DNA of 64,000 nt from Vicinamibacteria bacterium. Lineage in GTDB: Bacteria > Acidobacteriota > Vicinamibacteria > Vicinamibacterales > JAENWD01. Position numbers and translations under genes: made by a program. How positions within the stretch are numbered: position 1 is the first letter of the stretch; every line of letters begins with the position of its first letter. The stretch lies in the NCBI GenBank assembly GCA_963743245.1, contig CAVUPP010000010.1:128910-192909 (forward strand), given 5' to 3'. The notes beneath the pieces were generated by a model. That model was not told the DNA's origin and did not search any database. It saw only the letters and a list, made by a program, of their open reading frames with translations. Positions 1 through 7,907 of the stretch are shown piece by piece.

Positions 1-510
1 CGTGACGCCGCCATCGCCGGTCCGGACGTAGAGATCGCCAGCGAGATCGCGGCCGTTGATCCCGCCATCACCGCTCTTGACGTCGATGCGGCCCTCGAGC
101 CCTTCGAGGCGCACGCCGCCGTCGCCGCTCCTGGCCTGCACGTTGACTTTGCGGGGCACCGAGAGAATCAGGTTCACCGATCGGCTGCTGTTGATCGCGA
201 TGCCCGAGAACGGCTCGGGCCGCACGGCTTCGATGGTGATGCGATTGCCCGACTGCTCCGCCCGGACCACCAGGTTCTTCGCGACCTCTGCGCTCTCGGC
301 GACCTTCTCGAATGTCGCCTGGATCTCAGGTTTGTCCCACGACCGCACTTCTATGCTGCCGTCGAACGTGGACAGAACCAGTTCCGGGGTACCGGACACC
401 TGGAACACTTTCTCTTCCTTGGTGGTGTAGTGCTCGGCGCTGAGATTCACCGAGCAACCGGCCAGACCGAGCGCGGCCAACGCGACGGCGACAACACGTA
501 CAGGTGGCAT
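1..510 (-). CDS. DUF4097-like exported lipoprotein; C-terminal part runs off the window start
   Basis: My own minus-strand translation from the ATG at 508-510 gives MPPVRVVAVALAALGLAGCSVN (lipobox LAGC). Repeated units follow (RSGDGGVRLEG, KSGDGGINGRD, RTGDGGVT), as in DUF4097-type beta-repeat proteins. The frame is open to nt 1 and is absent from the ORF track because it is unterminated. Confidence 0.6.
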   Translation of the reverse strand, partial: MPPVRVVAVALAALGLAGCSVNLSAEHYTTKEEKVFQVSGTPELVLSTFDGSIEVRSWDKPEIQATFEKVAESAEVAKNLVVRAEQSGNRITIEAVRPEPFSGIAINSSRSVNLILSVPRKVNVQARSGDGGVRLEGLEGRIDVKSGDGGINGRDLAGDLYVRTGDGGVT

Positions 511-578
511 AACAGGACGTCCCCCGTGGTGTATACGGCCGGCCGACCCGGAAGTTCCAACGATGGATCCGGGCAACG

Positions 579-1004
579 TCAGGAGGCCCACCCGGCATCG
601 GCCAGCAGCTTCTGCCCGTCGAGCGGCGCCGGGTCGTCGGCGGCGACCGGACGGTCGGCGCTGAAGACGACACCGTGGACGCGAGTCAGGACCCGTTGAA
701 GCAGCAGTTCGTTGGGTGCCCACAAGACGAGCACGCCGCCCGATTCGGCGGGAGGGAACCGCCGATCGTCCAGGTAGTCGCGGTCGAGCGTGATCAGCGT
801 CCGCCGCAGCTGACGCGCAAGCCGGAAATGCTCGAGGTCTGAGGCACGCCGGAGGTCGTCGTGCTCCATGACGAAGAACACGTCCCAGCCCAATCGAGCG
901 CGCATGAACGAGACGATGCCCGCCGGGACGTTCGCGTCGGCGTAGATCCGAGGTCCTGTGAGGCGGCCGGCGTGCGAGGCTAACTCGGAGGAAAACGTTC
1001 CCAT
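579..1004 (-). CDS. DUF5615-like (PIN/Mut7-C fold) protein, orphan toxin-like
   Basis: Track ORF 579..1181. The in-frame ATG at 1002-1004 gives 141 aa. IYADANVP...ASDLEHFRLARQLRRTLITLDRDY...GGVLVL fits the DUF5615 pattern as I recall it. The longer N-terminus runs through a low-complexity repeat and the end of the neighbouring gene. Confidence 0.55.
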   Translation of the reverse strand: MGTFSSELASHAGRLTGPRIYADANVPAGIVSFMRARLGWDVFFVMEHDDLRRASDLEHFRLARQLRRTLITLDRDYLDDRRFPPAESGGVLVLWAPNELLLQRVLTRVHGVVFSADRPVAADDPAPLDGQKLLADAGWAS

Positions 1005-1014
1005 ACCATTCTCT

Positions 1015-1070
1015 GGCTTTGGGCTTTGGGCTCTAGGCCTTGGGAGTTGGAAGTTGGGAGTTGGGAGTTG
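1015..1070. repeat. Short-period low-complexity array (ctttggg x2, then agttgg[ga] units, 7-nt period)
   Basis: Read directly: ggctttgggctttgggctctaggccttgggagttggaagttgggagttgggagttg. It overlaps the last codons of the deoxyhypusine-synthase-like gene (tail ...STPNSQLPTPKA). Confidence 0.7.
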
Positions 1071-2223
1071 ATCCGCTCTCGCCGTCCTCGTCTTCCCCGT
1101 GAGGCCGCGGATTGTCGCGCGCCGCTTCGGCTTCGCGCTTGAGCGTCGCGACCAGCTCGTCGCGCCGATGCACCAGCTCACGTCGCGTGCGCCGATTCCA
1201 CTGACTGCCGACCGCGTACTCGGCGAAGAGCGGGAAGGCGATCGTGCTATCGCAGTAACAGACGACGGTGTCGGGGAGGACGCCTGGATTCACTTTGCCC
1301 CAGCTCACCGCCTCGGCCGGCGTCGCGCCCGACAATCCACCCCAGACGACCTGGTCGGTCGTCATCTGGATGAAGTAGTCGTTCCCTCCCTTGGGAATGT
1401 TGTAGACCTCCCACAGCGTCGGTTGCGCCTGCAGGTAGAAATTCTTCGGCGATCCTCCGCCGAGGATGATGCAGCCGTTCTGATGTCCAGACAGGACAAT
1501 CGCGCAGATCTCGTTGACGTCGCGATTGGGATCGATCATCAACCGGCTGCCCTGCATCAGCTCGTGATAGGCGACGTTCATGCCGATCGAGCTGTCGCCT
1601 GGCGACGACGTGTAGATGGGGACGCCGTACGTCGCGGCCGCGGCGACGACCGAATACTCCTCGCAGCCGGGATGCTGGTCGAGGAGATCGCGACCGAGGC
1701 GATAGTGGAGCTCGGAGGTCGCAATCGGACCATCGAGGCCCGAACGGCAGAGGAACTCCCGGATGTACGCGTCGGTTTCCATCAGCACGCTCGCCGGAAA
1801 CAGCACGTCGTAGATCCGGATCACCCCCTGCTCGTACAGCTCCACATCGTCGACGAACGGCGACCCGCGGCGGAGCGTGAAGTTCAGTGCGTAGTGCAGG
1901 TCGTGATAGAGATTGGCACCGGTGCTGATCAGAAAGTCGATCAGCCCGCGCTCCATCAGCTCGACAATACAGCCGCCAAGCCCCGCGGGCGTCAGCGCTC
2001 CGGCGACGGTGAGCCCGATCATGGTGTCGTGCTCGGGCCTGAGCATCTTGTCAGCGTAGATGCGGCAGGCCTCCGACAGGCGGGCCGCGTTGAACGCCTG
2101 GAACCCGTCGTTCAGCAGCCGGGTGATGTCGGAGCTGCCTTTGGGGCGATAGTAGGTGATGGGCCGGCCCGACAGATGGTCGGCGCGAGAATGACCTGGC
2201 GATCCAGGGGCGCGATGGGGCAC
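1033..2223 (-). CDS. Deoxyhypusine synthase family protein (DHS/homospermidine-synthase-like)
   Basis: Track ORF 1033..2496. The conserved DHS-like core reads GLTVAGALTPAGLGG...STGANLYHD...ILGGGSPKNF...MTTDQVVWGGLSGATPAEAVSWGK. The upstream 91 codons overlap the divergent gene at 2282. An in-frame GTG at 2221-2223 is the most plausible start, but the start is uncertain. Confidence 0.8.
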   Translation of the reverse strand: MPHRAPGSPGHSRADHLSGRPITYYRPKGSSDITRLLNDGFQAFNAARLSEACRIYADKMLRPEHDTMIGLTVAGALTPAGLGGCIVELMERGLIDFLISTGANLYHDLHYALNFTLRRGSPFVDDVELYEQGVIRIYDVLFPASVLMETDAYIREFLCRSGLDGPIATSELHYRLGRDLLDQHPGCEEYSVVAAAATYGVPIYTSSPGDSSIGMNVAYHELMQGSRLMIDPNRDVNEICAIVLSGHQNGCIILGGGSPKNFYLQAQPTLWEVYNIPKGGNDYFIQMTTDQVVWGGLSGATPAEAVSWGKVNPGVLPDTVVCYCDSTIAFPLFAEYAVGSQWNRRTRRELVHRRDELVATLKREAEAARDNPRPHGEDEDGESGSTPNSQLPTPKA

Positions 2224-2281
2224 GGGCCGTAGCTTACCATGCGGTCTTGACGCCGAATTCGACGCGGGTACGCAGCTGCGG

Positions 2282-2764
2282 ATGACGGCTGGCGCGTGCG
2301 AGGAACTCATGCAGCAGGACGACATGACCATCACCATCCTCATCATGCTGGGCGCGATCGTGCTGGCTCTAACCCTCACCTTCCTGCTGTTCCTGTTCTG
2401 GAAGAGCCGCCCATTCGCCGACGGTGACGTGTTCGTCGCCAGCAGGATGAGCCGCGGCAATCGCCTCTTCCCGACGCAGGTTCTGATCGCGCCCACAAGC
2501 GTCGTGCACTACACGCCGCAGTGGATCGGCAAATACGAACAGTCGATCCACATGGCGCACGTGGCGTCGGTGACCATCGACACCGGCCTCCTCTTCTCGG
2601 ATGTCCGGATCGAGACGACGGGCGGTTCGAACGCGATTCACTGCCGGGGACACCGGAAGGGCGACGCCGTCCGGATGAAGCAACTCATCGAGACCTACCA
2701 AACGGAGTACTATCGGACCTCCGGTCCAGCTGGCTCCGGGCCTGGTTCTGTCGCGCCAGCCTGA
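2282..2764 (+). CDS. Membrane-anchored bacterial PH-domain (bPH_2/YdbS-like) protein
   Basis: Track ORF. It has one N-terminal TM helix (ITILIMLGAIVLALTLTFLLFLF) followed by a PH-like segment (TQVLIAPTSVVHYTPQW...SVTIDTGLLFSDVRIETTGG). Alternative ATG starts lie at 2309 and 2324. Confidence 0.6.
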   Translation: MTAGACEELMQQDDMTITILIMLGAIVLALTLTFLLFLFWKSRPFADGDVFVASRMSRGNRLFPTQVLIAPTSVVHYTPQWIGKYEQSIHMAHVASVTIDTGLLFSDVRIETTGGSNAIHCRGHRKGDAVRMKQLIETYQTEYYRTSGPAGSGPGSVAPA

Positions 2765-2778
2765 AGCAGCCGATAAGG

Positions 2779-4131
2779 GTGGGCGTCGTGGACGAACTTC
2801 TCTACTCGGCCCGTCGTGCGTCGGCGTCTCTCCCGGCGAGACCCGAACCTTCTCCGGTTCCCGACGGCGAGACACGGTTCCGAACGCTCGTGCAGTCTCC
2901 GCTCCGGGCCGGAATCCTGCGCTTCCTGAGCGCCAGGCCCGACGAGGCCTTCGACGTCGAAACGCTGATGTCGACGTTCGGCCGACTGCGCCTGGACGTC
3001 GAGAACTGCGTCCGCGAGCTGAGCGACTTCGGCGTCGTCCGCCGGATGCCGGGGACGCCGTCGCGGTTCGGAGCGCAGCGTCCAGCCGAACCATCGGTCT
3101 CGGGCCTGCTCGACACCTTCCTGGAACGCCGCGCGACGATCAGTGCCGAGGATCAATCGCCATCGGTTCAGCAGTTCCGCGAGATGATCGGGCGCGACGA
3201 GAAGATGCTGATCGTCTTCGAATGGATTCGCACGGCGGCGAAGTCCGACATCGCCGTGCTGATCCTGGGGCCGACCGGCTCGGGCAAGGAAGTCGTCGCG
3301 CGGATGATTCACGAGTTGAGCCCGCGAAATACCGCCCGCTTCCAGGCCGTGAACTGCGCGGCCCTGCCGGACACACTCTTCGAGTCGGAGATTTTCGGGT
3401 ACGAGAAGGGCGCGTTCACCGGCGCGCACGATCGCAAGCCTGGCAAGCTCGAAATGGCGAACGAGGGCACGCTGTTCCTCGACGAGATCGGCGATCTGTC
3501 GATCGTCGCGCAGGCCAAGCTGTTGCGCGTGCTCGAAGACAAGCGGTTCGAGCGTCTCGGCGCGAACAAATCGATCCACGTGGATTTCCGGCTGATCTCC
3601 GCGACCAACCGCCCGTTGGATCTGTTCGTCCGGGACAGCCGCTTCCGCGAAGATCTCTACTATCGCGTCAACGCGTTTTCCATCCGGCTGCCCTCCCTCC
3701 GCGAGCGGCCGGCCGACATCCCCGTTCTTGCGCAACGCTTCCTCGCGCGCTACTGCGCGTCGAACGGCCTGCCACTCGACGCGAAGGTGATGTCGAAGGA
3801 GTCGGTGGACGCGCTGACGACATACCCCTGGCCCGGTAACATCCGCGAACTCGAGAGCACGGTCTCGCGCGCGGCGCTTTCATCGCCCGGCAGGACGATT
3901 CGCGCCTCGGACATCGAGTTCCTTCATGTTGGCGGTGTACCCTCAACCCAAGCGCCCGAGCGGCTCCCCACCCTGGCCGAAAGCGAGCGCGCCCACATCG
4001 TCCGCGTCCTGGAAGCGACGGCGTGGAACAAGAAGGAAGCGGCAAGGCTGCTCGACATCAGCCGCGGGACCCTCTACCGGAAGATCGTCGAGTACGGGCT
4101 GGAACCCGCGTCGCCCCGCAAAGCGTCCTGA
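2779..4131 (+). CDS. Sigma-54-dependent transcriptional activator (bEBP) with a non-receiver N-terminal domain
   Basis: Walker A GPTGSGKE, the sigma-54 contact motif GYEKGAFTGA, ELESTV, and a C-terminal Fis-type HTH (NKKEAARLLDISRGTLYRKI). The long track ORF starts inside the upstream gene. In-frame GTGs at 2779 and 2788 follow that gene's stop (2762-2764). The roughly 130-aa N-terminus shows no REC, GAF or PAS motifs that I recognise. Confidence 0.9.
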   Translation: MGVVDELLYSARRASASLPARPEPSPVPDGETRFRTLVQSPLRAGILRFLSARPDEAFDVETLMSTFGRLRLDVENCVRELSDFGVVRRMPGTPSRFGAQRPAEPSVSGLLDTFLERRATISAEDQSPSVQQFREMIGRDEKMLIVFEWIRTAAKSDIAVLILGPTGSGKEVVARMIHELSPRNTARFQAVNCAALPDTLFESEIFGYEKGAFTGAHDRKPGKLEMANEGTLFLDEIGDLSIVAQAKLLRVLEDKRFERLGANKSIHVDFRLISATNRPLDLFVRDSRFREDLYYRVNAFSIRLPSLRERPADIPVLAQRFLARYCASNGLPLDAKVMSKESVDALTTYPWPGNIRELESTVSRAALSSPGRTIRASDIEFLHVGGVPSTQAPERLPTLAESERAHIVRVLEATAWNKKEAARLLDISRGTLYRKIVEYGLEPASPRKAS

Positions 4132-4149
4132 TACGAGACACAGCCGATA

Positions 4150-4164
4150 CTCGAAATTTTCGAG
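4150..4164. promoter_or_regulatory. Perfect 7-1-7 palindrome CTCGAAA-T-TTTCGAG (candidate operator or hairpin)
   Basis: Read directly, 19 nt after the bEBP stop codon. Its function is unknown. Confidence 0.25.
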
Positions 4165-4225
4165 GAAAGCGGCCGATGTCAGGTCCGTTCGTGGTCAACC
4201 GTTTCATTTTTGAACACGTCGGATT

Positions 4226-4250
4226 CGCTCATTTGCGTGCGAAATGAGCG
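4226..4250. promoter_or_regulatory. Perfect 9-bp inverted repeat CGCTCATTT-gcgtgcg-AAATGAGCG (candidate bEBP upstream activating sequence)
   Basis: Read directly. It lies about 150-175 nt upstream of the -24/-12 element at 4401-4415, a plausible UAS distance. It could instead be a hairpin with no T-tract. Confidence 0.3.
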
Positions 4251-4400
4251 GTTCCGGCGCCCTGACTTCAACCCTGTGCTGATGCGGCACAGTCTTGGTA
4301 CCTGCCCCCGCGCATCGGGACCCGCAAGGCCCGTCAGTTCGTCCGTTCAACTTCTTGTCGGCCTGCCGGTTGCCGATTAGGTAACAGACCGGCTGTCCGG

Positions 4401-4416
4401 TGGCAGCCGAGTTGCC
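4401..4416 (+). promoter_or_regulatory. Sigma-54 (-24/-12) promoter candidate TGGCAG-ccgag-TTGCC
   Basis: It matches TGGCAC-N5-TTGC with one mismatch and obeys the GG-N10-GC spacing. It sits 57 nt upstream of the GTG at 4473 and directly downstream of a bEBP gene. Confidence 0.5.
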
Positions 4417-4472
4417 TTCTCTGCGACAGCTGCCCGTGTGCTTGCAGATTTCTGCGGGCGTCGGGTGGGTCC

Positions 4473-7031
4473 GTGTCGAAGCGCATGCATCCTGTTCCGT
4501 CCAACTACACCTCTCCGTCGAGCCGAGTGGCGGCCGCGGAGCCGGTCTCCTTTGGCGACATGTCGCCCCGTGGGCAGGGGTACGTCGGCGCCATCGTTCT
4601 GGCTGGGGCTGCGCTGTTGTCGCTGCGGCTGCCGCCGCTGACCGTATCGCATCCGCCACTGCTGGCGTCGATGCTCATGGCGGCGATTGCAGCGTCGGCG
4701 CTTCGTGTGGCGCTGCCGGGGTCTGGCGTGGGCGCGACCGTCTCTGCTTCGATGGCGGCGCTCTTTGGCTCGTTGCTCGTCATCGGACCTGACCAGACGT
4801 TGATCGTCGCGGCCGCGGCCGGCTTCACGCATTGCACGTTCGGCACCACGAGGCGCAATCCCGTCTACTGGACGGCGTTCAGCATGGCGGCGCTCGTGAC
4901 GGTGACCTTCGCTGCGGGCCGCGTGTACGCGGCTACCGGCGGCGTTCCGCTCGTGGACGCCTCGTCTCTGGACAGTCTCGAGCTGCCGATCATCGCAGCG
5001 GCGCTCATCTGGGTGCTCTTGACCGCGATCGTGCTGGGAGGCGGGCTCCTCGCAACTTCCGGCTGGCGCGTCATTGCCGGACGGCGAGACGATCTGTCGT
5101 GGTTCATGTTGAGCGGCTGTGTGGGCACTGCGGCGGGCGTGGTCGCAGCCGTGCTGCTCCGGGGCGCGACCTGGTGGCTCTGGCCGGTGGCGCTCGTGCC
5201 GCTGGTGTTGACGCACGTGGCCCAACGGCTCTCGGCGGAGCGGGTGGACGCCGAACGGCGCCGTACGCAGCAAATGGCCGACCTCCACTTCGCGTCGATC
5301 GAAGCGCTCGCCGTCGCGATCGACGCGAAAGACATGACGCCGACGACGCACGTGCGGCGCATTCAGGCGTACGCTGAGGAGCTGGCCCTGATGCTCGGCA
5401 TGTCGGATGGGGACGTGCAGGCGGTCCGCACTGCGGCGGTGCTCCACGACATCGGCAAGCTGGCTGTGCCCGAGCACATTCTGTCGAAGCCTGGTCCGCT
5501 GACCCCGGAGGAGTTCCAGAAGATTCGCACGCATCCGCAGATCGGCGCGGAGATTGTCGGCGCCGTCCCGTTCCCATATCCCGTGGCGCCGTTCATCCTG
5601 GCGCATCACGAGCGGTGGGACGGCCGCGGGTATCCGAGCGGGTTGAAGGGCGAGCAGATTCCGCTCGGCGCCAGAATCCTCTCGGTGGTCGATCAGTTCG
5701 ACGCGTTGACCACGGACCGGCCGTACAGGACGGCCTGCTCCACGGAGGATGCGTTCCAGTCGTTGCGGCGCGAAGCCGGCCGGTCGCTGGATCCGCACAT
5801 CGTCGATCTGTTCATCGACGCGTATCCGCGGCTGTCGGGCGAGGCCGAGCGGCTGGCCGAGGCGGCAGCGCGTCAGCTGTCGTTCGCGCAGCTCGGGCCG
5901 TTCGACACCGCGGCTCGGGACGGTTCGGCGAGGGTGTTTCGCGATATCGCGCTCGCGCACCGCGAGGTGTACGCGCTGTACGAGCTCGCGCAGGCGCTGG
6001 GCACGAGCCTGGGCATCGGCGACACGATGGCGCTCATCGCGTCAAAGCTGCACAACCTCGTGCCGTTTTCGTCGTGCGCGCTGTTCCTGCACAGTGCCGA
6101 GACCGACACGCTGCGCTGCAGGTTTGCGACGGGCATCGACGCCGAACTGCTGCAGCAACTCACGGTCGCCAACGGCGAAGGCCTCGTTGGATGGGCGGCA
6201 AAGAACGAGCGGGCGCTGGTCAACGCGAGGCCGGGCACCGATTTCGAAGCCGCAGGCGTCCGTGTACACACGTCACTTCAGTCTGCCCTGGTGATTCCGC
6301 TCGTCTTCAACACGGGGCTGGTCGGCGCTCTCGCCGTGTACGGGCAGGAAGCGGGCTGTTTCAACGACGATCACCGCCGGCTGCTCGCTCGTGTTGCCGA
6401 ACAGGCCGCCGGCGTCATCGCGAACTCCATCACGTACGAAGAGACCAAGCGGGACTCGCTGACGGATCCACTGACCGGTCTTCCCAATACGCGGTTCATG
6501 TTCGTGCACCTGACACGTGAGCTGGCGCGCGCGGAGCGCCTGAAGTCTGAAGTCTCGCTGCTCGTGATGGATCTCGACAGCTTCAAGGAGATCAACGACA
6601 GCTTCGGCCACACGGCCGGCGACCGGGCGCTGCGCGAGGTGGCGCGTGTGCTGCGGGCCGGCATCCGGCCCTACGACATCTGCGTGCGATATGCGGGTGA
6701 CGAGTTCGTCGTGCTGCTCTCGGGATGCGGACCCGAAGAAGCGCGACTCAAGATGCTGGAGCTACAGGCCGCAATCGACGCACTCATGATCGAGGTGCGT
6801 CCAGGGCGTCTCGTCCGTCTGGGCGCAAGCTTCGGCTGCGCGTCGTTCCCAACCGATGGCCACGGCTACGAGACCCTGCTCTCGATGGCTGACGAGCGGA
6901 TGTACGACGACAAGGCGCGGCGGAAGGGCCTGGGGGGCGATCAGTCCCTCTCCGCCCGTCCATCCGAATCGCACGGCGGCTCGCCGGTCTTTGCTAAGAT
7001 CGACCGTCCCGCTAATCCCCGCATGCACTGA
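4473..7031 (+). CDS. Membrane-bound HD-GYP / GAF / GGDEF c-di-GMP signalling protein
   Basis: Track ORF, 852 aa. It has an N-terminal multi-TM region, an HD-GYP domain (HDIGKLAVPE...HHERWDGRGYPSGL), a GAF-like middle and a GGDEF domain (RYAGDEFVVLL, GASFGCASFP). Confidence 0.9.
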   Translation: MSKRMHPVPSNYTSPSSRVAAAEPVSFGDMSPRGQGYVGAIVLAGAALLSLRLPPLTVSHPPLLASMLMAAIAASALRVALPGSGVGATVSASMAALFGSLLVIGPDQTLIVAAAAGFTHCTFGTTRRNPVYWTAFSMAALVTVTFAAGRVYAATGGVPLVDASSLDSLELPIIAAALIWVLLTAIVLGGGLLATSGWRVIAGRRDDLSWFMLSGCVGTAAGVVAAVLLRGATWWLWPVALVPLVLTHVAQRLSAERVDAERRRTQQMADLHFASIEALAVAIDAKDMTPTTHVRRIQAYAEELALMLGMSDGDVQAVRTAAVLHDIGKLAVPEHILSKPGPLTPEEFQKIRTHPQIGAEIVGAVPFPYPVAPFILAHHERWDGRGYPSGLKGEQIPLGARILSVVDQFDALTTDRPYRTACSTEDAFQSLRREAGRSLDPHIVDLFIDAYPRLSGEAERLAEAAARQLSFAQLGPFDTAARDGSARVFRDIALAHREVYALYELAQALGTSLGIGDTMALIASKLHNLVPFSSCALFLHSAETDTLRCRFATGIDAELLQQLTVANGEGLVGWAAKNERALVNARPGTDFEAAGVRVHTSLQSALVIPLVFNTGLVGALAVYGQEAGCFNDDHRRLLARVAEQAAGVIANSITYEETKRDSLTDPLTGLPNTRFMFVHLTRELARAERLKSEVSLLVMDLDSFKEINDSFGHTAGDRALREVARVLRAGIRPYDICVRYAGDEFVVLLSGCGPEEARLKMLELQAAIDALMIEVRPGRLVRLGASFGCASFPTDGHGYETLLSMADERMYDDKARRKGLGGDQSLSARPSESHGGSPVFAKIDRPANPRMH

Positions 7032-7083
7032 CGTCGGTCGTGGCCGGGGGCGTGACACTGCGGCGCAGTGCCGCCCACTCCCG

Positions 7084-7821
7084 ATGCTGCTGACCCTGAC
7101 CCTGCGCGAGGTCGAACGCGCGACCCCACGCGCTGCGATGGTACGGCTGGCGCTTGGCGGCCGGCGATTCGACTACGCCGCGGGGCAAGCCGTCCTGGTC
7201 GGACGCGCCGGCCAGGCAGACCGTCGTCCGTATTCCCTGGCGACGTCACCCTCGGAATGCCGTGAGCGCGACGAGCTGGAGCTGCTCGTCGGATTGGACA
7301 CGCTCGATCAACCCGGTCCGCACCTGGGTACGCTCACGACGGGAATGAGCATAGATGTCGAAGGACCGCTCGGCAGCTTCACGTTCCCCTCGGCAGCCAC
7401 CGAACATCGCTTTCTCTTTGTCGCCGGGGGGACCGGGATCGCCCCCCTTCGCGCGATGCTGCACGAGGCGCTGGCGCGGCCGGCGCCGACCCAGATTGCG
7501 CTGATCTACAGCGCGCGGACCCCGCAGGAGTTCGCGTACGGGCCCGAGCTGCGCGCACTCGCCGCGTCAGGCCGTCTGACGCTCTGGCAGACCGTCACTC
7601 GGGAAGCGGAAGCGCACTGGGACGGCGCCCAGGGACGCATCGCGCTCGGGCACCTGCGGTCGATGCTCCACGACGTCGAGACGCTGTGTTTCCTCTGCGG
7701 GCCGCACGCGTTGGTCCAAGCGATCTCGCCGCTGCTCGAGCAATTGGGAATCTCGCCGGATCGCGTGCGCGTCGAAGAATGGAAACCGAATTCGGAGTTC
7801 GGAGTGCGGAGTGCGGAGTAA
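7084..7821 (+). CDS. Ferredoxin-NADP reductase-type FAD/NAD(P)-binding oxidoreductase
   Basis: The ATG at 7084 lies within track ORF 6856..7821. RPYSLAS (FAD motif R-x-Y-S), FVAGGTGIAPLRAML (NAD(P) motif) and FLCGP are present. The last 11 codons (KPNSEFGVRSAE) are encoded by the downstream repeat. Confidence 0.75.
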   Translation: MLLTLTLREVERATPRAAMVRLALGGRRFDYAAGQAVLVGRAGQADRRPYSLATSPSECRERDELELLVGLDTLDQPGPHLGTLTTGMSIDVEGPLGSFTFPSAATEHRFLFVAGGTGIAPLRAMLHEALARPAPTQIALIYSARTPQEFAYGPELRALAASGRLTLWQTVTREAEAHWDGAQGRIALGHLRSMLHDVETLCFLCGPHALVQAISPLLEQLGISPDRVRVEEWKPNSEFGVRSAE

Positions 7822-7907
7822 AAGTCCGCATGCCAGTGTAATCAGCTCCGCACTCCGAATTTCAGCTCCGCAGTCCGCAGTCCGCATTCCGAACTCCGAA
7901 TTTCAGG
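7786..7907. repeat. Composite inverted array of 7-nt units (ggagtgc / ggagttc and their complements) between convergent genes
   Basis: cggagtgcggag (7800-7811 and 7807-7818) is the exact reverse complement of ctccgcactccg (7846-7857). attcggagttcgga pairs with tccgaactccgaat near 7889-7902. The array spans both stop codons (7819-7821 plus strand, 7903-7905 minus strand). Confidence 0.75.

Noticed and set aside
2224-2496. The upstream 91 codons of the deoxyhypusine-synthase-like ORF (ATG at 2496)
   Set aside because: This part overlaps the divergent PH-domain gene on the other strand and reads as low-information sequence. An in-frame GTG at 2223 sits just before the conserved core.
4286-4298. 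A second sigma-54-like element, GGCAC-agtc-TTGG
   Set aside because: Only 4 nt separate GGCAC from TTGG, so it fails GG-N10-GC, and the -12 element is TTGG rather than TTGC. The 4401-4415 element fits much better.
4377-5960. Long antisense or shadow ORFs: 4377..5960 (-), 28859..30070 (+), 39776..41986 (+), 41824..44304 (+), 55386..56777 (-), 13445..14569 (+), 21178..22140 (-) and many others in the track
   Set aside because: They are Arg/Pro/Gly/Ala-rich with no recognisable motifs. They overlap opposite-strand or other-frame genes that carry strong family signatures. Such open frames are typical of high-GC DNA.
7862-7902. The FabI tail ...GNLKFGVRNADCGLRS ending at 7862
   Set aside because: It is out-of-frame read-through into the intergenic repeat after the frame break near 8029. 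The genuine C-terminus is in the +1 frame and stops at 7903-7905.
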